Origin: an uncultured Chloroflexia bacterium
GTDB taxonomy: Bacteria > Chloroflexota > Limnocylindria > Limnocylindrales > CSP1-4
Direction of reading: 5' to 3'
Assembly (NCBI GenBank): GCA_963828165.1
Contig: CAWHDR010000001.1
Span: 2,016,001-2,080,000 of the forward strand
DNA length: 64,000 nt
The notes under the pieces were generated by a model. The model had not been told where the DNA came from. It did no database searches and saw only the letters and a list, made by a program, of their open reading frames with translations. Below are positions 1 through 9,114 of the stretch, piece by piece; within the stretch, counting starts at the first letter, position 1; the number at the start of each line of letters is the position of its first letter. The translations under genes and the position numbers were made by a program.

Positions 1-97
1 AGAGGTACCAGCGGCGAGCGCCGGTCGTACTCTCGGCGGCTGGTGGAGGCGACGTGTTGTGGGGCCGCAACGCTCACCACGAGTACGATGGGTGGCC

Positions 98-1117
98 ATG
101 GAACCTCTCGATACGCTCGGACGGCCGCTCCACGACCTGCGCATCTCGGTCACGGACCGCTGCAACTTCCGGTGCACCTACTGCATGCCCAAGGAAGTGT
201 TCGGTCGGGACTATGCGTTCCTGCCCAAGGACCAGGTCCTGAGCTTCGAGGAGATCGAGCGCGCGGCTCGCGCGTTCGTGGCACTGGGCGTCGAGAAACT
301 GCGGATCACGGGTGGTGAACCACTTGTCCGGCGTGAGCTCCCCACGCTCATCGCGGAGCTGGCGGCAGTGCGGACCACGGACGGCCGCGAGCTCGACCTG
401 ACGCTGACGACGAACGGCGCGGCGCTCGGGACGCTCGCCCGTCCCCTCGCTGATGCGGGACTCCGCCGCGTGACCGTCAGCCTGGATTCGCTGGACGACG
501 AGGTGTTCGGAGCGATGAACGGCGTCGACTTCCCCGTGGCGCGCGTCCTCGACGGCGTGGATGCCGCCCTGGAGGCCGGTCTGGACCCGGTCAAGGTCAA
601 CATGGTGGTTCGGCGCGGCGTGAATGAGTCATCGGTCGTGCCCATGGCGCGCTGGGCGCGCGAGACCGGCGTGGTCCTGCGGTTCATCGAGTACATGGAC
701 GTCGGGCATTCGAATGGCTGGCGGCTCGACGAGGTGGTGCCCGCCCAGGAGCTGATCGACCTCGTGGGCGGTGTGTGGCCTGCCGAGCCCGCGGATCCGA
801 GCTATCGGGGTGAAGTCGCCGGCCGGTGGACCTACCTGGACGGCCTCGGCGAGTTCGGGATCATCTCGTCGGTCACCCGCCCGTTCTGTCGCGATTGCAC
901 GCGCGCGCGGCTGTCGGCCGACGGCAAGCTCTACACGTGCCTGTTCGCCGTCGAGGGCCGCGACGTCCGGGCGGTCCTGCGCGACGGATCGAGTGACGAG
1001 GACCTGGTGGCGTTCCTCGCGGAGACGTGGCGTGCGCGCGACGATCGCTATTCCGAGCTCCGCTCGCAGTCCACCTCCGACCTGCCCAAGGTCGAGATGT
1101 TCGCGATGGGCGGCTGA
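98..1117 (+). CDS. moaA: GTP 3',8-cyclase MoaA (radical SAM, molybdenum cofactor biosynthesis)
   Basis: LRISVTDRCNFRCTYC radical SAM motif, TGGEP, C-terminal CRDCTRARLSADGKLYTCLF cluster, terminal MFAMGG. Start 98 chosen from TACGAT at 84-89. Confidence 0.97.
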   Translation: MEPLDTLGRPLHDLRISVTDRCNFRCTYCMPKEVFGRDYAFLPKDQVLSFEEIERAARAFVALGVEKLRITGGEPLVRRELPTLIAELAAVRTTDGRELDLTLTTNGAALGTLARPLADAGLRRVTVSLDSLDDEVFGAMNGVDFPVARVLDGVDAALEAGLDPVKVNMVVRRGVNESSVVPMARWARETGVVLRFIEYMDVGHSNGWRLDEVVPAQELIDLVGGVWPAEPADPSYRGEVAGRWTYLDGLGEFGIISSVTRPFCRDCTRARLSADGKLYTCLFAVEGRDVRAVLRDGSSDEDLVAFLAETWRARDDRYSELRSQSTSDLPKVEMFAMGG

Positions 1118-1134
1118 GGGCGGCCGCCCGACGT

Positions 1135-1209
1135 TCGTCCACAGGGTTATCCACAGGCGGAACGGGTTCGTGGACAGGGTTCGGACGCGTTTGGCCGGTT
1201 CGTGGATAA
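1135..1209. promoter_or_regulatory. Cluster of four DnaA-box-like 9-mers
   Basis: Perfect TTATCCACA at 1147-1155; TCGTCCACA at 1135-1143; minus-strand CTGTCCACG at 1169-1177 and TTATCCACG at 1201-1209. Confidence 0.7.
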
Positions 1210-1214
1210 GCGCG

Positions 1215-1244
1215 TTGACCCGCCCGCGACTCGCCGCCTAACGT
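1215..1244 (+). promoter_or_regulatory. Sigma70-type promoter
   Basis: TTGACC (1215-1220), 18 nt spacer, TAACGT (1239-1244). Confidence 0.6.
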
Positions 1245-1250
1245 AGTCCT

Positions 1251-1409
1251 CGCCCGAAGGGGCCGACAGGACCCCAGGAACCGCGATCACATCAAGGGCC
1301 TGAGATTCGCCGTTCGGTCGCTTCGGGCGCTTCGTTGCCCAAGCCTCGTGGCTGTCTCACCACAGCGTCGGGGGTGCGGGACGCCCGACGGGATGCGATC
1401 GGCATCCCG
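1251..1409 (+). ncRNA. Candidate structured RNA or 5' leader (unassigned)
   Basis: Directly follows the promoter. Nested complementary segments CCGAC/GTCGG, CCGCGA/TCGTGG, GGGC/GCCC, GCTGT/ACAGC, and a closing hairpin CGGGATGC/GCATCCCG (1389-1409). Confidence 0.3.
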
Positions 1410-1485
1410 GTGTCGATACTTCCGTCGGGCCGACGAAGTCCGAGCGCCTCGGGCGTCCTATGCTGGACGCGACCCTGGAGGCCCG

Positions 1486-2361
1486 ATGTCCGACCCGACA
1501 CCAACCGTCGATCCCACGCGCCCGATCCCGCCCGCAGAGCAGCCTTCACGGATCGCCGCGCTCGTCGCCGCAGTCCGCGACCACACGCCACTCGTCCCAG
1601 AGGTGGGGATCGTCCTGGGCTCCGGCCTGGGCGGGCTCGCCGATGACCTCGAGGACCCGATCGCGATCCCGTTCGGGGACCTGCCGGGGTGGCCACCGGC
1701 GACCGCACCGGGTCACGCGGGACGGCTGCTGCTCGGCCGTCTCGGGGGTCGGCCGGTGATCATGCTCCAGGGCCGCTTCCACCTCTACGAAGGCAACGAC
1801 CCGGGCCTGGTCATCCAACCCGTCCTGCTGTTCGGGGCGCTCGGCGTGAAGGTCGTCGTGCTGACCAACGCCGCGGGCGGCCTCGATCCGTCGTTCGGTC
1901 CGGGCACGCTCATGGTGATGACCGACCACATCAACCTGACCGGTCGGTCGCCGCTGATGGGGCCGAACGCTGACGAGCTCGGGCCGCGCTTCGCGGACCT
2001 GACCGACGCGTGGAGCCCGCGCCTCCGACGACGCCTGCACGCCGCGGCCGTGGCGGAGGACGTCGAATTCCGCGAAGGCGTCTATGTCGGGCTCACCGGA
2101 CCGACCTACGAGACCCCGGCCGAGGTCCGGATGCTCGCCGGGCTTGGTGGCGATGCCGTCGGGATGTCGACCGTGCTCGAATGCATCGCCGCCCGGTGGA
2201 TCGGCCTGGAGGTTTGTGGGGTCTCCCTCGTGACGAACGCCGGCGCCGGGTACACGGGCGAACCGCTGACCCACGAGGAGGTCCTCGAGTCCGGGGCGGA
2301 GGCCGGCCCCCGGCTGGCGCGCGTGATCCGGCGCTTCCTCGTGGACCTCGCCGACGACTGA
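1486..2361 (+). CDS. punA: Purine-nucleoside phosphorylase (trimeric PNP I / XapA family)
   Basis: GIVLGSGLG, QGRFHLYEG, LTNAAGG, GPTYETPAE and VGMSTV motifs; GGAG RBS before ATG 1486. Confidence 0.95.
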   Translation: MSDPTPTVDPTRPIPPAEQPSRIAALVAAVRDHTPLVPEVGIVLGSGLGGLADDLEDPIAIPFGDLPGWPPATAPGHAGRLLLGRLGGRPVIMLQGRFHLYEGNDPGLVIQPVLLFGALGVKVVVLTNAAGGLDPSFGPGTLMVMTDHINLTGRSPLMGPNADELGPRFADLTDAWSPRLRRRLHAAAVAEDVEFREGVYVGLTGPTYETPAEVRMLAGLGGDAVGMSTVLECIAARWIGLEVCGVSLVTNAGAGYTGEPLTHEEVLESGAEAGPRLARVIRRFLVDLADD

Positions 2362-2362
2362 C

Positions 2363-3490
2363 GTGGCGACCACGAAGTCGACGGCGCCGGTCCTCTCGCG
2401 TCGCGCCCTCAATCGGACCCTGCTGGGTCGCCAGCTCCTCCTGGAGCGGGTCCCGCGTCCGGCCGAGGATGTCATCGAGCATCTCGTCGGGATGCAGGCC
2501 CAGGAGCCGCCCGACCCGTATCTGGCGCTATGGAGCCGGATCGAGGGGTTCGACCCGCACGAGCTCAGCACCCTCATCGAGGAGCGGCGAGCGGTCCGTG
2601 GCAGCACGATGCGGACCACGCTGCACCTGATGACCGCGCGGGACTTCCTGGCCCTGCGACCCGTGCTGCAGGGCGTGTTGGAGCGTGCGTGGAAGAGCAG
2701 TCCGTTCGCGAAGGATCTCGTCGGCGTCGACCTTGCGGAGCTCCTGGCCGCGGGGCGCGAGCTCGTCGAGGAGCAGCCGCTGACGACAGCCCAGCTGGCC
2801 AAGGCGCTCGCGGAGCGGTGGCCCGATCGCGTCCCCAACTCCCTCGCGTACGCTTCGCGGTTCCTGCTTCCCATCGTCCAGGTGCCGCCGCGGGGGCTGT
2901 GGGGCAAGAAGGCGGCACCCAAGGCCACGACCGCGCAGGTCTGGCTGGGTCAGGAGCTCGGAACGGAGACGGCGCCCGACGAGGTGATCCTCCGGTATCT
3001 CGCTGCATTCGGGCCGGCGACCGTGTCGGACATGCGGATCTGGTCGTGGCTGACCGGGCTGCGCGAGGTCGTGGAACGGCTCCGCCCTCGGCTCAGGACG
3101 TTCCGCGACGAGGCCGGGCGGGAGCTGTTCGATGTCGAGGACGGGCTCTTCGTGGACCCGGACGTGCCGGCCCCGATCCGCTTCCTGCCCACGTACGACA
3201 ACATCTTCCTGTCGCATGACGATCGCGCTCGCATCCTGATCGAACGGATCGCCGTGCCGGACCTCATCTGGCGCGGCGGCGTCCTCATCGACGGCTTCAT
3301 CTCGGGCGCGTGGCGGGTCAAGCGCGAGAAGCTCGCGGCCACCATGACGATCGAGCTCGTGACCGCGGTGAAGGGCGCCCAACGGGCCGAGCTCGAGGAG
3401 GAGGCGGCCCGCGCGTTCGCGTTCGTGGCGCCGCAGGCCGAGACACGCGACGTCGAGATCGTTCCCGCGAGCTGGCTCGCGGCGTCCTAG
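2363..3490 (+). CDS. AlkZ/YcaQ-family (HTH_42) winged-helix DNA glycosylase
   Basis: LNRTLLGRQLLL start, GMQAQ (QxQ motif), LALWSR, MRTTLHL, RYLAAFGPAT, FLPTYDN. Confidence 0.88.
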   Translation: MATTKSTAPVLSRRALNRTLLGRQLLLERVPRPAEDVIEHLVGMQAQEPPDPYLALWSRIEGFDPHELSTLIEERRAVRGSTMRTTLHLMTARDFLALRPVLQGVLERAWKSSPFAKDLVGVDLAELLAAGRELVEEQPLTTAQLAKALAERWPDRVPNSLAYASRFLLPIVQVPPRGLWGKKAAPKATTAQVWLGQELGTETAPDEVILRYLAAFGPATVSDMRIWSWLTGLREVVERLRPRLRTFRDEAGRELFDVEDGLFVDPDVPAPIRFLPTYDNIFLSHDDRARILIERIAVPDLIWRGGVLIDGFISGAWRVKREKLAATMTIELVTAVKGAQRAELEEEAARAFAFVAPQAETRDVEIVPASWLAAS

Positions 3491-4164
3491 GCGTCCAGCG
3501 TGCGCGGGGGCGCCTCGGCGGGTTCTCGGTCGTCCAGCGGGTCCGTCCCGGGCGACGAGCAGACGTAGTAGCGCAGTGGCATCCGGCCGGTGTTCTCGAC
3601 GCGGTGGGTGAGCCCGGCCTCGACGCGGATTCCGGTCAACGGCTCGAGCGTCTCGGTCGTCTCGTCGACGGTGACGAGCCCGCGACCCTCGAAGACCACG
3701 ATCGCGTGCTCGGCACCGGGGTGGCGGTGCCACGCATCGGCCGCACCGGGGGCGACCACGACCTCGCTGATCGTGAAGGTCGCGGTGCCGAAGTCACCCG
3801 GCCGGACGATGAGCCGCCGCGAGATCCCGGCATCGTCGATGACGACGGCGTCACCGCCGCGGCGGACCGGCTCGTCCTCGCCGTCCCAGCGTTGCAAGAG
3901 GAGTCCCGGACGGCGCGGGTCCGGATCGACGGACGCCAGGAGCGCCAGGGCATCGACGAAGCCCTCGTTGCGGACCAGGTGGTGCTCCGCTGGCGCCTCG
4001 TACAGGACATCCCCGGCACGGACCACGGCCTGCCGTTCCAGCTCCTCGCCATGCTGGAAGACGAGCTCGCCGGCGGCGACGTACACGATGGTCTCGAGAC
4101 CGTGGCGATGCGGGCCGATCTCGACCCCCGGCGGGATCCGGTCGAACTGGAGCCGGATCGTCAC
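3487..4164 (-). CDS. Bicupin (two cupin domains)
   Basis: Two cupin motifs, PHRHGLETIVYVAAGE...EHHLVRN and WHRHPGAEHAIVVFEGRG...THRVENTG. GTG start overlaps the thyX stop (GTGA). Confidence 0.82.
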   Translation of the reverse strand: MTIRLQFDRIPPGVEIGPHRHGLETIVYVAAGELVFQHGEELERQAVVRAGDVLYEAPAEHHLVRNEGFVDALALLASVDPDPRRPGLLLQRWDGEDEPVRRGGDAVVIDDAGISRRLIVRPGDFGTATFTISEVVVAPGAADAWHRHPGAEHAIVVFEGRGLVTVDETTETLEPLTGIRVEAGLTHRVENTGRMPLRYYVCSSPGTDPLDDREPAEAPPRTLDA

Positions 4165-5045
4165 GCCTGGGGCAGCTCCCGGCCGCCTGCCCGGGCCGCC
4201 GCAGCCTTCTCGGCCCAGGCGCCGAGGACGTTGTCCTTGTGGGGTCGGATCGGGCAGTGCTCGTCGCGGTTCTTGAACTCGTCGCAGTACCCGAGGGGCA
4301 CGCACTTGGGCGCCAGGAACGAGCCGAGGAAGGGCGACACGCCGAAGATCTCGTGGCGGACCAGCTGGAAGAGCCGGCGGATCTCCCACTGGGCCATCGT
4401 GCACAGGCGCAGCCCCGACATGTGGATGAGCGCCCGCAGGTTCGTCGTCATCACGAGGTTGGTCCGGGCCGCGTTCGGGAAGACGAACCGGGCGTCCTCA
4501 CCCGGGACTCCGGCGTCGAGCATCTCGCCGTACAGGCCCAGCGCACCGTCGATCTGCTCTTCGTACTTTTCGCGAAGCGCCGGATCGCCCTCGGCGATCG
4601 AGTGCGGCAGCATGGTGGCCGCGCCCTTGAACTTCACGTAGCGCTGGCTCTGCTGGTCGAAGGCCACGCCGGCGCGATGCCGGACGAGCTGGTGCGACAG
4701 CGTGCGCGAGACCCCGGTGATGGCGAAGGTGAAGACCACGTGCTCGATCGTGGAGCCATGGCCCGATTCGATCACGGACGAGATCAGCTTCTGCATCTTG
4801 GCCGGGTCGTAGCCGCCGTCGACCGCTTTGGCGAAGATCTCTTCGGGGACCTCTTCCGAGTAGCAGGTCCGGCACGCCGTGTAGATGACCGGGACGTAGA
4901 ACTTCTCGACGATCTCCCGGTCCGGGAACAGGAGGGAGACCTTCATCCCGAGGTCGCGCCGGCCCGGGTTCTTGGGGATGCCGCTCTTCTCGCGCGCCGG
5001 CGGCTGGCCGGACGGGACGGGATCGGGGAGGGGCTGGGCGGTCAT
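4161..5045 (-). CDS. thyX: FAD-dependent thymidylate synthase ThyX
   Basis: GHGSTIEH, HQLVRHRAGVAFDQQSQRY (ThyX motif), EDARFVFP, LRLCTMAQWEIR. Confidence 0.96.
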   Translation of the reverse strand: MTAQPLPDPVPSGQPPAREKSGIPKNPGRRDLGMKVSLLFPDREIVEKFYVPVIYTACRTCYSEEVPEEIFAKAVDGGYDPAKMQKLISSVIESGHGSTIEHVVFTFAITGVSRTLSHQLVRHRAGVAFDQQSQRYVKFKGAATMLPHSIAEGDPALREKYEEQIDGALGLYGEMLDAGVPGEDARFVFPNAARTNLVMTTNLRALIHMSGLRLCTMAQWEIRRLFQLVRHEIFGVSPFLGSFLAPKCVPLGYCDEFKNRDEHCPIRPHKDNVLGAWAEKAAAARAGGRELPQA

Positions 5046-5095
5046 CGGAGGGCCAGTCTAGCCGAGGCGACCCGCGGAGGCGCGAGGCGAGCCGG

Positions 5096-5311
5096 TCAGT
5101 AGTAGTCGGAGCAGGACAGGAAGTAGCCGCAGCGGCAGATGAGCTTGCATTTGCGCTCGTCCATCGCCGCGCCGCAGTTGGCACAGGTCATGATCACGAG
5201 ACCGGGATCGACCGCGCCCGGAGGCTCGTCGAGGTCCTCGAGGAGCTGGATCGGTTGGATCGGCGAAAGCGCCGCTGGTCGCGTCGGGTCGTCGAGCATC
5301 GCGTCGCTCAT
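5096..5311 (-). CDS. Small Cys-rich zinc-ribbon protein
   Basis: CANCG-x7-CKLICRCGYFLSCSDYY. ATG overlaps the stop of the cyclase gene. Confidence 0.78.
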   Translation of the reverse strand: MSDAMLDDPTRPAALSPIQPIQLLEDLDEPPGAVDPGLVIMTCANCGAAMDERKCKLICRCGYFLSCSDYY

Positions 5312-8082
5312 GGTACCGGGGCCGGGTCCTCCAGCGCGTACGCGACGATCTCGTCGAGACCCATCGACGCGCCTTCGGCGACGTAGCGCTGGAAGTCCTC
5401 GGGGCTGAGCACCGAGCGTGGGGACGGAGCATTGAATTGGGAATAGGTCTCCTCGACGTACATCGCGAGGGTCGTGCCGCTGGTGGCCTGCAGGTGGCGC
5501 GCCGCCCCGTAGAGTCGCCCGGCCCGCGGCGGGTCCCCGGCACTCACCGCGATCGACGCGAGGTCGTCGAGGATCAGCGTGATGCCGGCCACGTCGCCAG
5601 CGTCACGGAAATGTCCAAGAGCTGCCCGAGCGTTGGCGAGCGCGTCGTCGAACTTGCCCATGCCGATCTGGACGAGGCCGAGCATGTGCAGTGACCAGGC
5701 CTCCATCGTGCGATGCCCGGCCGCCCGATGGAGCTTGAGGGACTCGGTGTACCAGTGCTCGGCGGGCACGGAGTCGGACGTGAAGTAGTGGTAGCTCCCG
5801 AGGGCCCACAGGATGTTCCCCTCACCGGCCTGGTCGCCGGCCTCGCGATAGAGCGCGAGCGCCTCCTCGAGCTTCGCCAAGCCCACCGCGAATTTCGGCG
5901 CCTTCTGCGCCTCGGTCAGGTCACGGCCCGTCAGGCCCATGAGCGGCAGGATGTCGGCGTACGCGTCGTTGTAGAGCGCGTTCGCGATCTCACGCTTGTC
6001 TCCCTGCTCGCGCCAGATCCGGAGCGCCTCGTGATACCAGCGCTCGGCGGCCGGGTGATCCGCCTGCCAGTAGGCCACGCCACCGATCGCCTCCGCGAAG
6101 TGCGCCGCGCAGACGGGCTCGAGCGACCAGTCCTGCGCCGACATGGCTTCCAACCGCATGCGCGCCTCATTGAGGTAGCCGCGCTGCTGCCAGAACCGCC
6201 ACAGGGCGAACCCCATCCGAGCACCCAGGTCCGGGTCAGGCCGGGCGGTGGCCCACTCCAGCGCGGCGCGCAGGTTGTCGTGGTCTCGCTCCAACCGATC
6301 GAGCCAGTCGCGCTGCTCTTCCCCGGTCAGGTGCGGCTGCGCTCGCTCGGCGAGGTCGAGCAGCGCGTGCGCATGTCGCTCGGCGATCGCGTCCGCCTCA
6401 CCGCGGAGGGCCAGCATCTCGGCCGCGTACTCGCGGATCGTGTCGAGCATGGTGAACCGGGGCGGGCCGTCGCCGGTGCCCTCGTCGATCCGAACCAGGC
6501 TCTGGTCGACGAGCGCGCCGATGCCGTCGAACACGTCGATCCCGAGCTCGTCCGACGGGCCGCACACGGTCTCGGCCATCTCGAGCTCCCAGCCCCCGCG
6601 GAAGACGGACAGGCGGTCGACGAGGCGCTTCGCGCCATCATCGAGCAGGTCGTAGCTCCACGCGATCGCCCCGCGCAGCGTCTGCTGCCGCTCCGGCAGG
6701 TCGCGCGAACCCGCGGTCAGCAGCGCGAGGTGATGCTCCAGCCTTGCGAGGATCTGGTCGGGTGTCAGGAGCTTGATGCGCGCGGCGGCCAGTTCGATGG
6801 CAAGGGGCATGCCGTGCAGTCGGGCGGAGATCCCGGCCACCGCCGGGGCATTCGCGTTCGTCACCGCGAACCCGGGCTTGACCGCCGACGCGCGCGCGAT
6901 GAACAGCCGGACCGCCTCGAACTGGTTGAGCGCGTCGAGATCGAACTCGCGCAGCGCCCGAGGGAGGTTGAGCCGGTCGACTTCGGACAGCCGGCTCGTG
7001 TCGGGCGGGGCCGGGAGGCCCGGCACCGGGTACTCCTGTTCGCCCGACACCCGCAGCGCGATGCGGGTCGTGACGAGGCACGCGAGATTCGGGCAGCGCC
7101 GCAGGAGGTCGGCGACGATCGACCCGGCGGCAACGACCTGCTCGAAGTTGTCGAGGACCAGCAGCATCCGCTGCTCCCCGATGTGGTCGGCAAGCGTGTC
7201 CACGGCCGGGCGGTTGCGGCTGTCCGCCACGCCGAGCACGCGGGCGATCGTCGCGGCCACCAGGGTCGGGTCGCGGACCGGTTCGAGGGCCACGAACCAG
7301 ATCCCGTCCGGGAATTCGTCGGCGGCGGCCGCCGCGACCTGCAGCGAGAGCCGTGTCTTGCCGGTGCCGCCGGGACCGGTCAGGCTTAGCAGTCGGGTTC
7401 CGGCCAGCAACGCCACGGCCTCGCCGAGCTCCTTGTCGCGGCCGACGAACGTCGTCAACTGGGTCGGCAGGTTGTTCGGGCGGGCGTCCAGCGATCGCAG
7501 TGGTGGGAAGTCGGCCGGCACGCCATCGATGACGAGCTGGGCGAGGCGCTCGGGGGCGCGCAGGTCCTTCAGCCGATGCTCCCCGAGGTCGCGCAGGGTG
7601 ATCCCGTCGGGCAACGACCCGGCGACGAGGACGCGGGTCTGATCGCTGAGCAGGACCTGGCCGCCATGGGCGACCGCGGCGATCCGCGCCGTCCGATTGA
7701 TCGCGTACCCGATCACGTCGGCGCCGGTCGCTTCGATGTCGCCGGTGTGGAGTCCCATCCGCACGCGAACCGCGACACCGTCGGGCCACGGCTCGGCGGT
7801 GATCGCTCGCTGCGCCGCGGCGGCCGCCCTGATCGCATCGAACGCGCCACGAAAGATCACGAAGAACGAGTCGCCTTCGGTGCCCTGCTCATGGCCGCCG
7901 TGGGCCTCGAAGGCCGCCCGGAGCAGCTCACGGTGTCGTTCTCGAATGTCGCGATACGGGCCCGTGCCCAGCTCGATCTCGAGGCGCGTGGAGCCCTCGA
8001 TGTCGGTGAACAGGCAGGTGACGGTCCCGATCGGCGCGCCGGATGCGCCGGATGACCCGGACGCGCCGGGGGTTCCGGTCAC
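5308..8082 (-). CDS. Class III nucleotide cyclase - STAND P-loop ATPase - TPR protein
   Basis: LFTDIEGST, EGDSFF, RMGLHTG and INRTARI (cyclase); GPGGTGKT and LLVLDNFE (Walker A/B); GMPLAIELAA; TPR-like C-terminus. Start uncertain. Confidence 0.92.
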   Translation of the reverse strand: MTGTPGASGSSGASGAPIGTVTCLFTDIEGSTRLEIELGTGPYRDIRERHRELLRAAFEAHGGHEQGTEGDSFFVIFRGAFDAIRAAAAAQRAITAEPWPDGVAVRVRMGLHTGDIEATGADVIGYAINRTARIAAVAHGGQVLLSDQTRVLVAGSLPDGITLRDLGEHRLKDLRAPERLAQLVIDGVPADFPPLRSLDARPNNLPTQLTTFVGRDKELGEAVALLAGTRLLSLTGPGGTGKTRLSLQVAAAAADEFPDGIWFVALEPVRDPTLVAATIARVLGVADSRNRPAVDTLADHIGEQRMLLVLDNFEQVVAAGSIVADLLRRCPNLACLVTTRIALRVSGEQEYPVPGLPAPPDTSRLSEVDRLNLPRALREFDLDALNQFEAVRLFIARASAVKPGFAVTNANAPAVAGISARLHGMPLAIELAAARIKLLTPDQILARLEHHLALLTAGSRDLPERQQTLRGAIAWSYDLLDDGAKRLVDRLSVFRGGWELEMAETVCGPSDELGIDVFDGIGALVDQSLVRIDEGTGDGPPRFTMLDTIREYAAEMLALRGEADAIAERHAHALLDLAERAQPHLTGEEQRDWLDRLERDHDNLRAALEWATARPDPDLGARMGFALWRFWQQRGYLNEARMRLEAMSAQDWSLEPVCAAHFAEAIGGVAYWQADHPAAERWYHEALRIWREQGDKREIANALYNDAYADILPLMGLTGRDLTEAQKAPKFAVGLAKLEEALALYREAGDQAGEGNILWALGSYHYFTSDSVPAEHWYTESLKLHRAAGHRTMEAWSLHMLGLVQIGMGKFDDALANARAALGHFRDAGDVAGITLILDDLASIAVSAGDPPRAGRLYGAARHLQATSGTTLAMYVEETYSQFNAPSPRSVLSPEDFQRYVAEGASMGLDEIVAYALEDPAPVP

Positions 8083-8102
8083 GGTGGTGTCTCGCGGATC
8101 GG

Positions 8103-8531
8103 TCAGTGCCGGCCGGCTTCGGTCAGCGTCCGAAGCCGCCCGGCCAGGCCGCGCAACAGCGCGAGTGCCACGGAAGGCTGTTCGTTGATGACCGCCTCGA
8201 GCTCCCAGGTGGCGAGCGCAAGGCACGTGGTCTCGCCATCGGCGACGACCTGGGCGATCCGTGGCAGCCCATCCAGCACGGATAGCTCGCCGAAGAAGTC
8301 TCCCGGTCCGAGCGTGGCGATGGTCTTACCGTCGCGGACCACCCGTGCGCCGCCGCGCGCGATCTGGAAGAACCCGGTGCCCACTTCGCCCTGGCGGGCG
8401 ATGACGTGGCCATCCGTGAAGACGACCTCGATCGTGCGATCCGCGATCCGCTCGAGCCCGGCCGCGTCGACACCGGCCAGCAGAGGCGCGGCGGCCAGCA
8501 GCTCCGTCTTGCGGTCGCGCGTCAATGTCAT
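8103..8531 (-). CDS. Stand-alone cyclic-nucleotide-binding domain protein
   Basis: VIARQGEVGTGFFQI and LGPGDFFGELSVLDGLPRIAQV phosphate-binding cassette; no HTH. Confidence 0.9.
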   Translation of the reverse strand: MTLTRDRKTELLAAAPLLAGVDAAGLERIADRTIEVVFTDGHVIARQGEVGTGFFQIARGGARVVRDGKTIATLGPGDFFGELSVLDGLPRIAQVVADGETTCLALATWELEAVINEQPSVALALLRGLAGRLRTLTEAGRH

Positions 8532-8691
8532 CGGGATCCCTCCAGGCATCACGTTCGTCGTCGCGTGGGCACGCCATCCTCCGCCCGGTCGTGATGCTGC
8601 GCCGCGCGACCGAGAGCGTCAAGGTCGCCAGTGTCGTCCTGATGACGAAGGCCGCTTCACGCGACGACGCGCGCGTGGCACCATGCGAATT

Positions 8692-9114
8692 ATGGCCGCC
8701 CAGGACGAGCTCATCGACGCGATCGCCGGCTTCGGCCTGTTCGCGGACCTGACGTCGCCGCAACTCGAAGGCGTCGCCCACACGTTCGAGGAGGTGGCCT
8801 ACGCGGAGGGCCAGAAGATCCTCCATCAGGGGCTCAGCGGGTCGGGCTTCCACGTGATCCTCGACGGCGAGGTCGCGGTCGTCGTCGACGGTGAGGAGCG
8901 CGCGCGTCTCGCCCGCGGCGAGTTCTTCGGTGAGGTCTCGATCTTCCTCGGTGAGGCCCCCATCGCCGACATCGTGGCCACCCGGCCGCTGCGCTGCCTC
9001 GTCCTGGCGGGGCCGCGGGTGGAGCCGTTCCTGATCGCCCATCCACGCGTGATGTACCGCATGCTCCAGGCGCAGGCACGCCGTCTGCGAGCGGCGAATC
9101 GATGGCGGAGCTGA
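8692..9114 (+). CDS. Stand-alone cyclic-nucleotide-binding domain protein
   Basis: ILHQGLSGSGFHVILDG and GEFFGEVSIFLGEAPIADI; no HTH. Confidence 0.88.
   Translation: MAAQDELIDAIAGFGLFADLTSPQLEGVAHTFEEVAYAEGQKILHQGLSGSGFHVILDGEVAVVVDGEERARLARGEFFGEVSIFLGEAPIADIVATRPLRCLVLAGPRVEPFLIAHPRVMYRMLQAQARRLRAANRWRS

Noticed and set aside
1135-1244. Chromosomal oriC
   Set aside because: Only four boxes, no AT-rich unwinding element or DnaA-trio run, and no dnaA/dnaN/gidA context. Kept as a regulatory cluster.
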